Source: Pseudogymnoascus verrucosus (lineage: Eukaryota). Taken from it: a DNA stretch of 64,000 nucleotides. This document shows, piece after piece, positions 37,929 through 49,403 of the stretch; within the stretch, counting starts at the first letter, position 1, and every line of letters begins with the position of its first letter. Below the pieces are notes generated by a model. That model was not told the origin of the DNA. It saw nothing but the letters and a program-made list of their open reading frames with translations, and did not search any database. Position numbers and translations under genes: made by a program. Location: the NCBI GenBank assembly GCA_001662655.1, contig KV460207.1; one strand, 5' to 3'.

Positions 37929-39262
37929 ATAGAAAGATCCTTCGGGACAGGCACAGCATTGGCGCAATAGGGGAGTGTTTTGGGCAAATAATGTTGCATT
38001 TATGATGGAACGACCCGAAGACGAAAAAGATGGAAACTGGGTTGGGGGGGGGGGGGAAAGGGGGGGATTCAGACCGCGTTTCCGAAGCGGTGGATTCGCT
38101 TGGCTGGCCATAAATGACGGTGGTTCTGAATCCTTGGCGAGTCTTGATTTGAAATACTGGTGTTATCAAGAAGGGACGGGGTGCCGAGGTTGCTATGTTG
38201 GTGATGAAGGGATCATGTTGGGGAATGAGCATGGATCTGATAAAGAGGTCACAGTGAGAGAACTGTGTCCAGAGGAGAGATTTTGCAAAGTATAAATCTT
38301 CCATGAAATAGTCATGAAGATGAATTTTAGTGGCACGGGACCTTATGTTCCGTGTGCAGATAGAATACACGTAGATAGAACAAATAGCATCAATGTCTTA
38401 GCTGTCAAGTGTCATGAAAGAAGAATCTGTCAGCTGATCTTATTGGTTTACAGGTCTCGGTATTGTTGTGTGTAGTTTTGTTGTAGAATAATTTAGGGTT
38501 GACGACAATGTGAATTAACTCCTATTAAACTCCTATTGTTAGAACTTAGTTTGTCTTAGCTTGTAGGTTTACCATTGTGCCCGTGATATCGAGGATCTCA
38601 CAGTAGCTTCAAATGCTGGAGCTCTCAAACTGGCAGGAGCGACCTTGAATAAAAAATAAAACACCCTTCGTTCCTTCCTTCCTTAATTCTTTCTTCTTCT
38701 TCAATTATTTCGACAATCTTGTTATATTCAAAAACCTCTCGACTCAATCAATTACTCTCTGGTGAATATGATCTTCACAAACGGGGTCTCGAAATAACTG
38801 CTTACTCATCAAAGAAAACCAAACTTTCCCTCCCAACCAATCAAAATCCCCATTTCAAAAATGGGTTACTTTTTGCGTGCCAGAAAGGCAGCTATCCCCC
38901 CTGCAGGTACCATCGCAGGCCACGAAAACGGGTACGTGCCGTCCACTCCGATCCAATATTATTTCATTGCGCGCGCGAGGCTATAAACATCGAGGGCTTC
39001 TTTGTTGTGAGCTGGCGTACTTGAATTTTTTTTCAACAACCTCTTTGAGCGGTTCATACTCGTTCATATTGCACACTGCAATATCCACTTCCGCTCTTCA
39101 TAATTTTGCTACTTACCTTTATTTCACCCTTGTGTTAATACTTCGCTTCTCGTCTGTTCGCCGCACGCGTCGCAATTTCTGGCGCTTTCGAGAATCGCAC
39201 CACGAATCAACCCAACTACATACATCAGAACAATCCATTGACTCTTTAGTCCTAGCACCAAG

Positions 39263-41084
39263 ATGGCACCAAAGCGCAAAGCAGCTGCGCCGGTCGGTGA
39301 AGAGACCGCTTTGAAGAAGACCAGGGCTACTCGTAAGTTTTTATCCTTCCTTGGCCCTTTCCAACATGAAATCTGGATTGAACTGACCCCAAATAGCCGC
39401 AGCCCGCAAGATCGCCGTGCCAAAGGCGGCCGAATCGAAGAAGGCGACTGTCGCCAAGAAGGCCGCTGTCGAGAAAAAGCCCGTCAAGAAGGCGGTTCCG
39501 GAGAAGAAAACCGAGGCTGCCAAGCCAAAGAAGGCGGCCGCCAAACCAAAGAAAGCCGAGCCCAAGAAGGTCGAGGAAGAGGAGTCATCTGAAGAAGAAG
39601 AGGCCTCCGAGGATGAGGCTGTTGCTGAGCCCAAGGTCGCTCCAAAGGCCAAAGCGGCACCAAAGCCGAAGGCGGCCCCAAAGCCAGCTCCAGCGCCAGC
39701 ACCCAAGGTCGTCAAGTTCGGCCCCACGATCAACAAGGCGCCAACCCAGAAGCTGGATGTCTACGTCTTTGGTGAAGGCACTTCTGGCGAGCTTGGTCTG
39801 GGCAACAAGACAATCGACAACAAGAAGCCGATTGATGTCAAGCGCCCTCGTCTCAATGAGAACCTGTCCGCCTCGAAGGTCGGCGTCGTTCAGATTTCGG
39901 TTGGAGGCATGCACTGCGCTGCCTTGACCCACGACAACAAGATCCTCACTTGGGGTGTCAATGATCAGGGTGCACTGGGCCGCGACACAAAGTGGGAAGG
40001 CGGTCTCAAGGACATGGACGATGGAAGTGACAGTGGCTCTGAGTCTGACGATGAGGATGCCATGAACCCACGTGAAAGCACACCTGCAGCCGTTGACCCC
40101 AAGCATTTCCCAGAGGGCATCGTGTTCACTCAAGTTTGCGCAAGTGATAGCGCTACGTTCGCCGTGACTGCTGACGGCTCTGTTTGGGGCTGGGGTACCT
40201 TCAGAGTGAGTATCCTATCCTGGCGCAACTTTTGTCATCTACTAACTATTTTCTAGAGCAATGACGGTATTCTCGGATTCACTCCAGAGATCATGGTGCA
40301 AAATACTCCAATGAAGATCCCAGAGCTGAAGAAGATCACCAACTTGTCCGCCGGCGCCAACCACATCCTTGCTCTTGATGCCAAGAACAACGTCTGGGCC
40401 TGGGGCAGTGGCCAGCAGAACCAGCTTGGTCGCAGAGTCGTGGAGCGCACTCGCACTGGTGGTCTCATTCCCCGTGAATTTGGCCTTCCTCGTGGCAAGA
40501 TTGAACAGGTTGCTACCGGCGCATACCACAGCTTCGCTGTTGCCAAGGATGGCCGCGTCTTTGCCTGGGGTCTCAACAACTTTGGCGAGTGTGGCATCGT
40601 CGAGGGTGCTGGTGAGGACAACGCTGTGATCCCGAAACCAACAGAGGTTACCGAGCTCAAGCCCTACAACATCAAGGAGATTACCGGTGGAGGTCACCAT
40701 TCCATTGCTTGCACCGATAAGGGCGAGCTTCTCGCATGGGGCCGTTCCGATGGAGGCCAACTTGGTGTCGATATCTCCAAGGTTCCCAAGGAGCACATTA
40801 CTTTTGATGAGCGCGAGAACCCTCGCATGGTTACAGTTCCAGTCGTCGTTCCAGGCATCAAGGCTGCTACTGTTGCTGCTGGCGGTGACAACTCCTTCGC
40901 CGTCGACACTGATGGCAAGGCTTACAGCTGGGGCTTCAGTGCCAATTACCAGACTGGTCAGGGAAGTGATGATGATGTCGATATTGCGACTCACATCGAC
41001 AACACTGCTGTTCGCGGCAAGAAGCTCAACTTCGCCGGTGCTGGTGGACAGTTCTCGATCCTCACTGCGCCGGCTGGTAACTAA
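39263..41084 (+). CDS. RCC1: RCC1 / Pim1 / Prp20 Ran guanine-nucleotide exchange factor (3 exons: 39263-39332, 39397-40205, 40257-41084)
   Basis: VFGEGTSGELGLG, GGMHCAAL, TWGVNDQGALGR, GWGTFR|SNDG, WGSGQQNQLGR, WGLNNFGECG, GAGGQFS. K/A/P-rich N-terminal tail. Confidence 0.95.
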
Positions 41085-41717
41085 GCTACGCGTACAAATA
41101 CATACACAATTTCGACTTCGTCATTTTACACTTGAGCTCATTCTTCGTTGGCTGGGTGTCTCTGCCACCCATACCACTCTTCGGACTCAAATTTTAATAC
41201 TGCATGCATGTTTGGCGTTTTCCCAGGATGTAACTGGTGTGTGCCATGAATAGGAGGATACATTTGCTGGTTTTTTCGAGGTGAAAGGGTCACATATCAG
41301 AGCATAGTTGTCTTTAGATGATTTTCTTGCATGAATCAAAACTTGTTCTTACATTTAATTTAACTTTGTACCCGTAATTTTCAACGTTCTAAAAGCCCCC
41401 CCAATGCTCCCCAGTCTTATCAATATATCGTACATTTACAAGCTCAACATACATCTCCCTTTCACCCCCCCTCTCTCTCTCTCGTACACCCAAACCCAAA
41501 ACGCCGTTGCTATGTCCAATACAGAGTGAAGATTTGCTGTTGCTCTCGCAGCCGGAAAGTGGGCGAGATGATTGATGGTAACCGATCCATCCTCGAAATT
41601 GTCGTCGTAGGTTGTCGATTTTCTCCCTCCCCTCCCCCCTTCTTTGCCCGCCGCAAAAAGAGCAGTAATTCACGATTCTCAGCTCTATTCAGCGTTAACG
41701 CCACCCCAACCACACAA

Positions 41718-42266
41718 CTACCTATCCTTGAATACCTTCGGTTTCCACCCCTTCTTCAGCTCCTCCTCCCTACTCTCCGCCTCCTCCGCCTTCCTCGCCT
41801 CACTCTCGATCCTCTCCCGTGCCCTGAGGACTTTACTCTGCAGATAAAAACTTCCCCCCTTCTTCGGATCATTGACATCAAACAACTTCTTAAATCGCTC
41901 CGTCACGTCCTCCATATCCGTCTTCCCGCCCTTGGGAGGCTTAACATTGAGGATCTTGCACGCCTCTTCGAGCGTGAGGCCGGAGTGCGCGTACCCTGCC
42001 CCGCCGGCGCCACCGTTCGCTTTGGCTTGCGCTTTTTGGTATTGCGAGGAGGCGGCGGCTTGCTTGTAGGCTTCGGTGAAGGCGCGGCCGAGGACGCGCG
42101 TGCCGGTTATCACGACTTGGGTGATTATGCGGTGCGCCTGTTGGGAGAGGGAGTGGTTAGCTTGGGAGTTCGGGTCCGGGGGGGGGCGAGGCAAAAGGGG
42201 TGCAGGAGGGCTGCGAGTGGGGATTTGGGGAGGGAAGGGGGAGATGGAGATGGGGTGATTTACCAT
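41718..42266 (-). CDS. PAM16: Mitochondrial import motor subunit Pam16/Tim16 (coding exon 1 is the ATG only, 42266-42264; exon 2 42137-41718)
   Basis: M|AHRIITQVVITGTRVLGRAFTEAYKQA, LTLEEACKILNV, NDPKKGGSFYLQSKVLRARER. Intron 42138-42263. Confidence 0.95.
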   Translation of the reverse strand: MVNHPISISPFPPQIPTRSPPAPLLPRPPPDPNSQANHSLSQQAHRIITQVVITGTRVLGRAFTEAYKQAAASSQYQKAQAKANGGAGGAGYAHSGLTLEEACKILNVKPPKGGKTDMEDVTERFKKLFDVNDPKKGGSFYLQSKVLRARERIESEARKAEEAESREEELKKGWKPKVFKDR

Positions 42267-43500
42267 GGTGAGGATGTAGGGCGCGGGGAATGGCGGTCCT
42301 TGATGCGTGGGAGGGTGCGTGTGAGGGCGTGGTGAGTGAGGTCGGAGTTAAAGATCTCCAGGAACTTTTTGCTCGGCACGGGATTTGCCGCTGTGGAAAG
42401 GGATTGACCGCGGCTTGGCGCGGCCGACCTCGCCGTGTTGAACCGATGAGCCTCACGAATGTCAAATAGAGTATTTGTATATCAGTTAAATATTTGTTGA
42501 ATATTTACTATCGATGTATTATTTATGATTGCCATGTATAGTATTTTTATTTATTGTGAATTTTCCATGTATGATTTAAATCGTAGGTAATTTTATACTG
42601 GTGCCACCAAAAGACTTTGAGACGGATTGGCCACAGCTCGGAAATTATATTATCGATTCGAGCCAACGGAACTTCTCTTTGCAGTTATAGCTTCTGGCGA
42701 TTGAGAGATTTTATTTTACTCATAATTGCTGTAAATCCACATCTCTCTTTAGACTCTTCGGCAGCACGTGTGGTTCCATCAACAACGATTGCAGAATATG
42801 ATAGAGAGGAGTTATAAGATAAGACGTCATAGTGAGCGAGGAAAATGAGCAACAAATACCTCATTGAGAGAATTGAGAGATATTCACAAGATATCGAAAT
42901 GCGACCCTTGCAAATTGGAGGCTGAAATGCCCGTAATTATGCATGGTTCAGCCGTATGATATCTATTAAACGAGTGCAGCCTCGCATGTTTCGAGTATAA
43001 ATTGTGCTGTATCATTCTGTAGAGTGAGCTAATCTCGCATCTTCTGGCTAATATTGTCTGGCAATATACCCGGGTCAGCCGCTGTTGGCTGAGAAGTCGA
43101 CGCCTTTGAAGAAGGCGCTGCCTCGTTCACGTATGCGCCTGTACATGTGATGAATCAGAATGAGTTCATGGCATGAAAAATTCCCCTTGGCCAATAAAAT
43201 TTCTCGATGTTAGATTCAAGACTACCAAGGGAGCCGATTGTATTTGGATGTGGTTGATTTGGTGAAACGGTGCCTTGCTTAGCTAATGTACGCATTTAGC
43301 TCCTCGTGCGTCTTTTTCGCTTTTGGGTGCGTGGCCCTTATTGTAACTAAGAAGAATCTTTTCTTTGGTACATTATAGACAGACTATGTAGTCGGTGGTA
43401 CGGTACGTAAGGGGCCTAAAGGGAAAAAAAATCCCTTCAGGAATTTTGAAGATCTTCTCAACTTTCAAAATGAGTTATATTATTGAGAGACACGCCGAGC

Positions 43501-43530
43501 AATAAATCGGAATAAATCACAATAAATCAC
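43501..43530. repeat. 10-bp tandem repeat x3 upstream of SIP5
   Basis: AATAAATCGG AATAAATCAC AATAAATCAC. Confidence 0.8.
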
Positions 43531-44382
43531 ATGGGGATAAGCCGTGTTATCCTTATCCAACCCACTTCTCTCTCCACACTCACACTTGCGCCACGCGCGG
43601 GACAAAATACCCCATTCACTTGCGCTGGCAGGTGGGGTTTTATATGTACTCTACTGAGTACTGTACTGGACTCTAAGTTCGGAGTACCCTCTTTCTCGTC
43701 GCCGCCGGAGTCTGTAATGGGAATCTATTGGAGAGTTACACTGTGCTCTGTACTTGACTTTATTGATTCTATTGACTGGACTTGACGGCACTGAACCGTT
43801 ACTGACTGTACAATACAGAATTGCACTACAGTACCAGCCAGACCCCGTCGACGGTGTCCCTTTTGGCCCTTTCGGCCCTTGTGGTAACAATCGACCGCGC
43901 GCCACGCCTGGAACCACACAATCAAGCAATCAACAACGAGCCAACCAGACCCAACCAGACCCAGCACCCAGAGGAGTTCACAACCCAAGACCACCGGCCA
44001 GAGCTGACTGACCCCACTGTCCTCCACCACCACCACATCCACCTCCACCTCCCACCGGGAACCGGATTTCCGTACGGATCAAGCGAATGCAGCCCGCTAC
44101 TACTACTCTACTGCACTACTAAGCACTCACTACTCCATTCACCTTACTCACGCACCCAACTTGCAATCCCATACCGTCTGTCTCACGACATCCCATACAC
44201 ACTGACTACACCTGCCGTTCAACCCGCCATCCCGAACGACAACACTACTTCATCTACCACACCGGAAAATTCGGCATCGGTGTAATCTCTTCGACCTTTC
44301 CATAGATACCCCTCGATCCCCACCGTCTATTGTTTGACCATCTTCTCGGTCGCGAGGTGGTCCCCGCAGCTGTACATCCTCC

Positions 44383-46631
44383 ATGGGGAACAGCGCAACA
44401 AAGGAGCAGAGACCTTCCTCTGCTGTTGGATACCACAGTCGCCAGGATGCGAGTTCATCACAAGCGGGATCAGCGAACCCATCGACAAACCCGTATTCCG
44501 CTCGCAGCGGTCGCGGAAGCCGCCATGATCTATCATTCTTGGGCATAGGGTCGGCCTCACACACCGTCGATGGACCGGAGGTGCGAAGGGAAACAAAGCA
44601 GGAAAGAGAGGCGAGGAGGTTAGAGAAGGAAAGGGTGGCAAGGGAGAAGGAGCGGACGAGGAGTATGAAGGAAGAGCATGTCGACGGGGGATACTTGGTC
44701 ACGCAAGGAGTTTATACCGGCACTGAGGACTTCAGCAAACCAGTCGTGAGGCAATTTATGGTAGGCTGCCCACATTACAACATGCAACTTTCAATTGCTG
44801 ACCCATTTAGATTGAGCGACGCATAGCACCATTTTGGTACGGCCTTAACGACTTCCACCATGAATGGACCGAGCATCAACTCGTTGCCGCCGCAAAGGGT
44901 CTTCCTATACCGGCTCCGGACGAAATACCTCTGGAGCTTGACAGACCTCCAACTGTTGAATCACCTCATACTTCGAGCAACAACATCCACAATCTCACCG
45001 TACCTATCGCCGGAAGGTCGGATTCATACGCCTCAGATAACTCCTCCCATCTGTCGCCGTCATCTCCAGTTCCTAACCAACCGCTTCATCTGCAAGCGAC
45101 ATCGCCATTCCGCCCACGGTCGAAGACTCTCGCATCTTTAACCTCGAAAAACCCACCCCAAAGCGACATAGTACCTCGCGAGGTTCAACTACCCGTCGAT
45201 CCTTACGTTAACGGCTTGCGTATGGAAGCATTTCTATACAAAGATGCGACGGAGTGCCCGATCTGCTTCATATACTATCCACCATACCTAAACAAAACTC
45301 GGTGCTGCGACCAGCCCATCTGCTCCGAGTGCTTCGTACAGATTAAGCGGCCGGACCCTCATCCTCCGGAGCACGAGCATAACGATCCCTCAAATCCTTC
45401 ACCTCCTCCACCTCCTGTCCAAGAGAACCCGGAGACTTTGGTCTCGGAACCTGCTAATTGTCCTTATTGCCAACAAGCAGAATTTGGGGTAACATACGAA
45501 ACTCCCCCGTTCAGGCGGGGCTTGGCATATGCAAACTTAGGGCCAACAAGCTATGGCTCTGCAATGTCCTCTTCATCGTCATTAAATTCCGCAGTCAGCC
45601 CTTCACTTAAACCAATTGCTGGACGACGAAGGACGACCTCGGTATCAGCTAGCGATGCCACAGTTATTACGACCGACAAAGTAAGGCCGGACTGGGCAAC
45701 TAAACTGGCAAATGCCAGGAATCACGCTGCGCGGAGATCGGCCGCGGCTACCGCTCTTCATACAGCTGCCTATATGATGGGAAGTGGGGGCTCAGAAACC
45801 AGGAGCTTTGGATTTTCAAGCCGTTTTCGTAACCGTGGTAGCCCAGCGGATAGTAGTGCGGGTACTCCAACTGAGCAGGGGCCTGACACTGCAGCTCGAT
45901 TAGCTGCCTTCTCGACCTTAGCGGAGCAACAGGCCGAGAGGCAGCGTGAGGCACAGGCTGACCCTGGCTCGAGGCGCAGGAGGTCGCGGGTGGAGGACCT
46001 GGAGGAGATGATGATGATGGAAGCTATTCGTCAGAGCCTGGTTGCAGAAGAGGAGCGCAAGCGAAAGGACGAGAAGGAGGCGGCGAAGGATGCAAAGAAG
46101 GAGGCTAAGAAGAAGGAGAAGGCAGAGAAGAAAGCAGAGAAGGCTGCTAAGAAAGGAGTATATGGTAGCGGTGCCACCAGTATAAGTGGGAGCGCATTGA
46201 GCCTGGTTCTTCCTGGCGTGGGCCGGAGGCGGGGAAACAGCGGAGCCTCTGCTATGGCGAGAGAGGCCGCTGCGAACAAGAATGATAAGGGGAAGGATGT
46301 GGATAGGGGAGCAGTGGCGCCGTCGACATCATCATCATCGGATAACCCATCCCATAGTGATGAAGCGCCAACTGCAGTCCCTACTACACTCCCAACTGGA
46401 GCACCGACTGGAGCACCCACATTCCGACATCATGTTGAGGAACCGACCCCAGAGCTTCTTCACCACGAGTTCCCTCCACATTCTCCAACTACGACAGTGC
46501 CAGAAAGGCCGTCTCACTTGAGGCAAATGTCGAACGCATCCTCACCAGCGTCCTCGATTGTTGAGTCCGTACATGGTTCTATCAAGGGCGATTTTCCAGG
46601 ATCATCATCCTCTGTAGCCTACGTGCTATAG
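44383..46631 (+). CDS. SIP5: Sip5, Snf1/Reg1-interacting zinc-finger protein (2 exons: 44383-44760, 44811-46631)
   Basis: MGNSATKE (myristoylation-type start), [72 protein letters not shown]. Confidence 0.92.
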
Positions 46632-47085
46632 AATTTTAGGCTTATCCTACTTGGCTAGAACTAGGCATCTCAACTTAATATAAGTTGTTCACACTGTACC
46701 ATAATATGCTAGAGAATGCTTAAATTGCCAAGACACGTGCATCGTACGCAATCGCTGCGCACATGTCGATCTGCAATCTTTCAAAACGCTAAGCCACAGT
46801 GTAATCTCGAAGCGACGTACTTGTAAATATGGCTGACGTCACCACGACCCCTCACCACCCCGCCCACTGCGTCCAGAACCAGCTCGAGTGGCGGGCGCGA
46901 CCGATGACTTGGCTTTGCCCAATATATTCGTCACCTTCGGAGTACAAAAAGAATCAACGTTGCCATCTCGTCTTCCTGCAAACAAAACATTCACAGATAC
47001 ACTCGATACTATCTTCATCAAATCACTGGTATCTCAAACCATAAATCACTCAAAACAAATCACGTCACCACCCACATACGCCAAT

Positions 47086-48129
47086 ATGTCGGCCAACACT
47101 GTTTACGTCAAGAACATCTCGAGTTCGACATCGAAGAAGGAGGTAACTGAGTAAGTTTTCAATTTCTGGCGTCAACTGATGTCGCATGAAGTTCCAGGCT
47201 AACATTAAACCAGCTTCTTCTCGTTCTGCGGAAAGATCAAGTCCATTGAAATCACCTCCGGCGCAGACTCCCAAAGCGCAGAAGTTGTGTTCGAGAAGGA
47301 GACCGCAGCAAAGACAGCTCTTCTACTGGACAACACCCAGCTTGGAAAGTCCCAGGTTTCCGTGACCGGTGCCGAGGGTGCTAAGGAGTTCGATGAGGCC
47401 CACCGCGAGAAGGACAGCGACGAGATTACCCAGGAGGAGAAGCCCCGCTCCCGTATCATCGCCGAGTACCTCGCCCACGGCTACGTTATCGGCGACCAAG
47501 CTTCGCAACGCGCGCTCGACCTTGACCACAAGCACGGTATCTCCAGCCGCTTCCTGACTACGCTCCAAAACCTCGACAACAAGTACAAGGCCACCGAGAA
47601 GGCCAAGTCTGCGGACCAATCCTACGGTATCTCCACCAAGGCCCAAGGTCTCTTCCAGGGCCTAGCATCATACTACGAGAAGGCCGCCGAGACGCCAACC
47701 GGCCAGAAGGTTGTCCAGTTCTACTCCCAAACCCAGAAGCAGGTCGAGGATATCCACCGCGAGGCTCGCCGTCTCGCCGACCTCAAGAAGGAGGAAGCTG
47801 GCACCACTTGTAAGTGCGGATCTGATTCTTCTATTTGCACCTGTGCCCCCGGCACCTGCGACTGCGCCGGATGCGCGAAGTCCGGCAAGTCAAAGAAGGC
47901 AGTGCCAGGCACCGATAAGACCACCTGCTCATGCGGCGGCGACAACGAGATCTGTTCCTGCGAAGTGGGCCAGTGTGCCTGCGCCTCGTGCCCAAAGGCA
48001 TCGAGGACTGAAGCCGCAAGCCAAGCCGCAAGCTCGGGCAAGACTACTTGTAACTGTGGAGGTGATTCAAAGAACTGCTCGTGTGCAAAGGGCAAGTGTG
48101 CCTGCACCGGATGTGGCAAGACTTCTTAG
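47086..48129 (+). CDS. Vip1-like RRM protein with three C-terminal metallothionein-like 7-Cys modules (2 exons: 47086-47150, 47214-48129)
   Basis: TVYVKNIS...D|FFSFCGKI...VVFEKETAAKTALLL (RRM), QEEKPRSRIIAEYLAHGY, DIHREARRLA, then 21 Cys in three modules. Intron 47151-47213. Confidence 0.88.
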
Positions 48130-48619
48130 GTTGGATTTCATATCTCTGGGGGGCTGTATCCTTGATGATGCTGACTGGGTCGCCATAGCTGCCTCTACTA
48201 CGCAAGATGCCGCTACGTCACAGACGGCGCCTCTCGATAGCACGAAGATCCAGCCACTGGACTCTACCGCCAAGCAGTAAATCGAATACGAAAGCCGCAA
48301 ATACATTGATTGTTATATCAAATTATGAAGTTACAAGGATTTTGTCAGTTTGCTGAGCAAGGGGATATTGATTTTGGACTTGGGGCCCGCAGGAGCATTT
48401 TTAAGATAGCTTCGAATTGCGTTAGGTAGTGGAATGAAAACACTTTGGCCAATTGAATTGTATACGGCCTTTTGTATATTGGGTGATTGTATTGTAGCTT
48501 TGTGCACATTAGAAATTCGAGTGGAAAGATGTAATCTTTTCAGCTATATAGCTTCAAGTGGCTACGTAATTTACATGTTTCGATCATTATACTATTATTA
48601 CAACCTCTCCTTGAACACG

Positions 48620-48900
48620 TTAATACTTTTTCTGCGGGAAACCTTTCGCAAATTTCTCCTCCAAATAATTCTCCATCGGACCCTTTGGGTTGGATTCAAG
48701 ACCCTGGTTTGAAAGTGTTAGCTACTATAAATATATATCAGAATGAATGCTTCGCATCAACATACCTTGAGCTGGTCCTTGGCAGACTGTTCGGTGTTGG
48801 GCTTGTCGCTGACGCCTTGTCCTGAGGAAGGAGCGGCCTTCTGGGCATCGGATTGCTTCTCTGCTGGAGGAGATTCGCGGCCTTGGTTTTGGGAAGACAT
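48620..48900 (-). CDS. Small hydrophilic 72-aa protein (2 exons: 48900-48766, 48703-48620)
   Basis: MSSQNQGRESPPAEKQSDAQ...AKDQLK|GLESNPKGPMENYLEEKFAKGFPQKKY*. Intron 48704-48765 is GTATGT...GCTAAC...CAG. The start context is A-rich (ACAAAATG). Confidence 0.8.
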
Positions 48901-49403
48901 TTTGTGTATTTGAGGTTTTGATAATGTGTGTGTGGTTACGTCGGATATGCTTTGGAAGCTGTTAGCTTTAAGGGAGCGTACAGGCCAATGTTGAAGAACT
49001 GAAGCCGGACTCACTTTCAGATTGTAAATACAGAAGTAGGATAACTAAATTACAGTATTCAAGAGGATTGGAATATATAAATGGTGGGTAAGAATCATAT
49101 ATCAAGTCCTACTCCCTCCACCCCACCATGACACAAGACCCCACTACGTCATAGCGGTTTTGAACCAACAAGCAACCCCCAAGGTACAAGCACGAAGTAC
49201 AAATGCAATAATTCACGTGATCGACAGCCAAGCGAGGCTAACACTACAATGCATAACTGAGTACAAGCACCGTGACCCCTAGATTCAACAATCGATTGTT
49301 TGTTCACAGCTTCAAATTTTCTTAGAGAATGTCCTAACTGAGCTCACCTTTGTTGCCACGAAGCGTCCGTTGATTCCGAACGCAACAGAACGAGAAAACA
49401 ACC

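Noticed and set aside
41526..42335. 269-aa plus-strand ORF
   Set aside because: Antisense to PAM16, which has clear family motifs.
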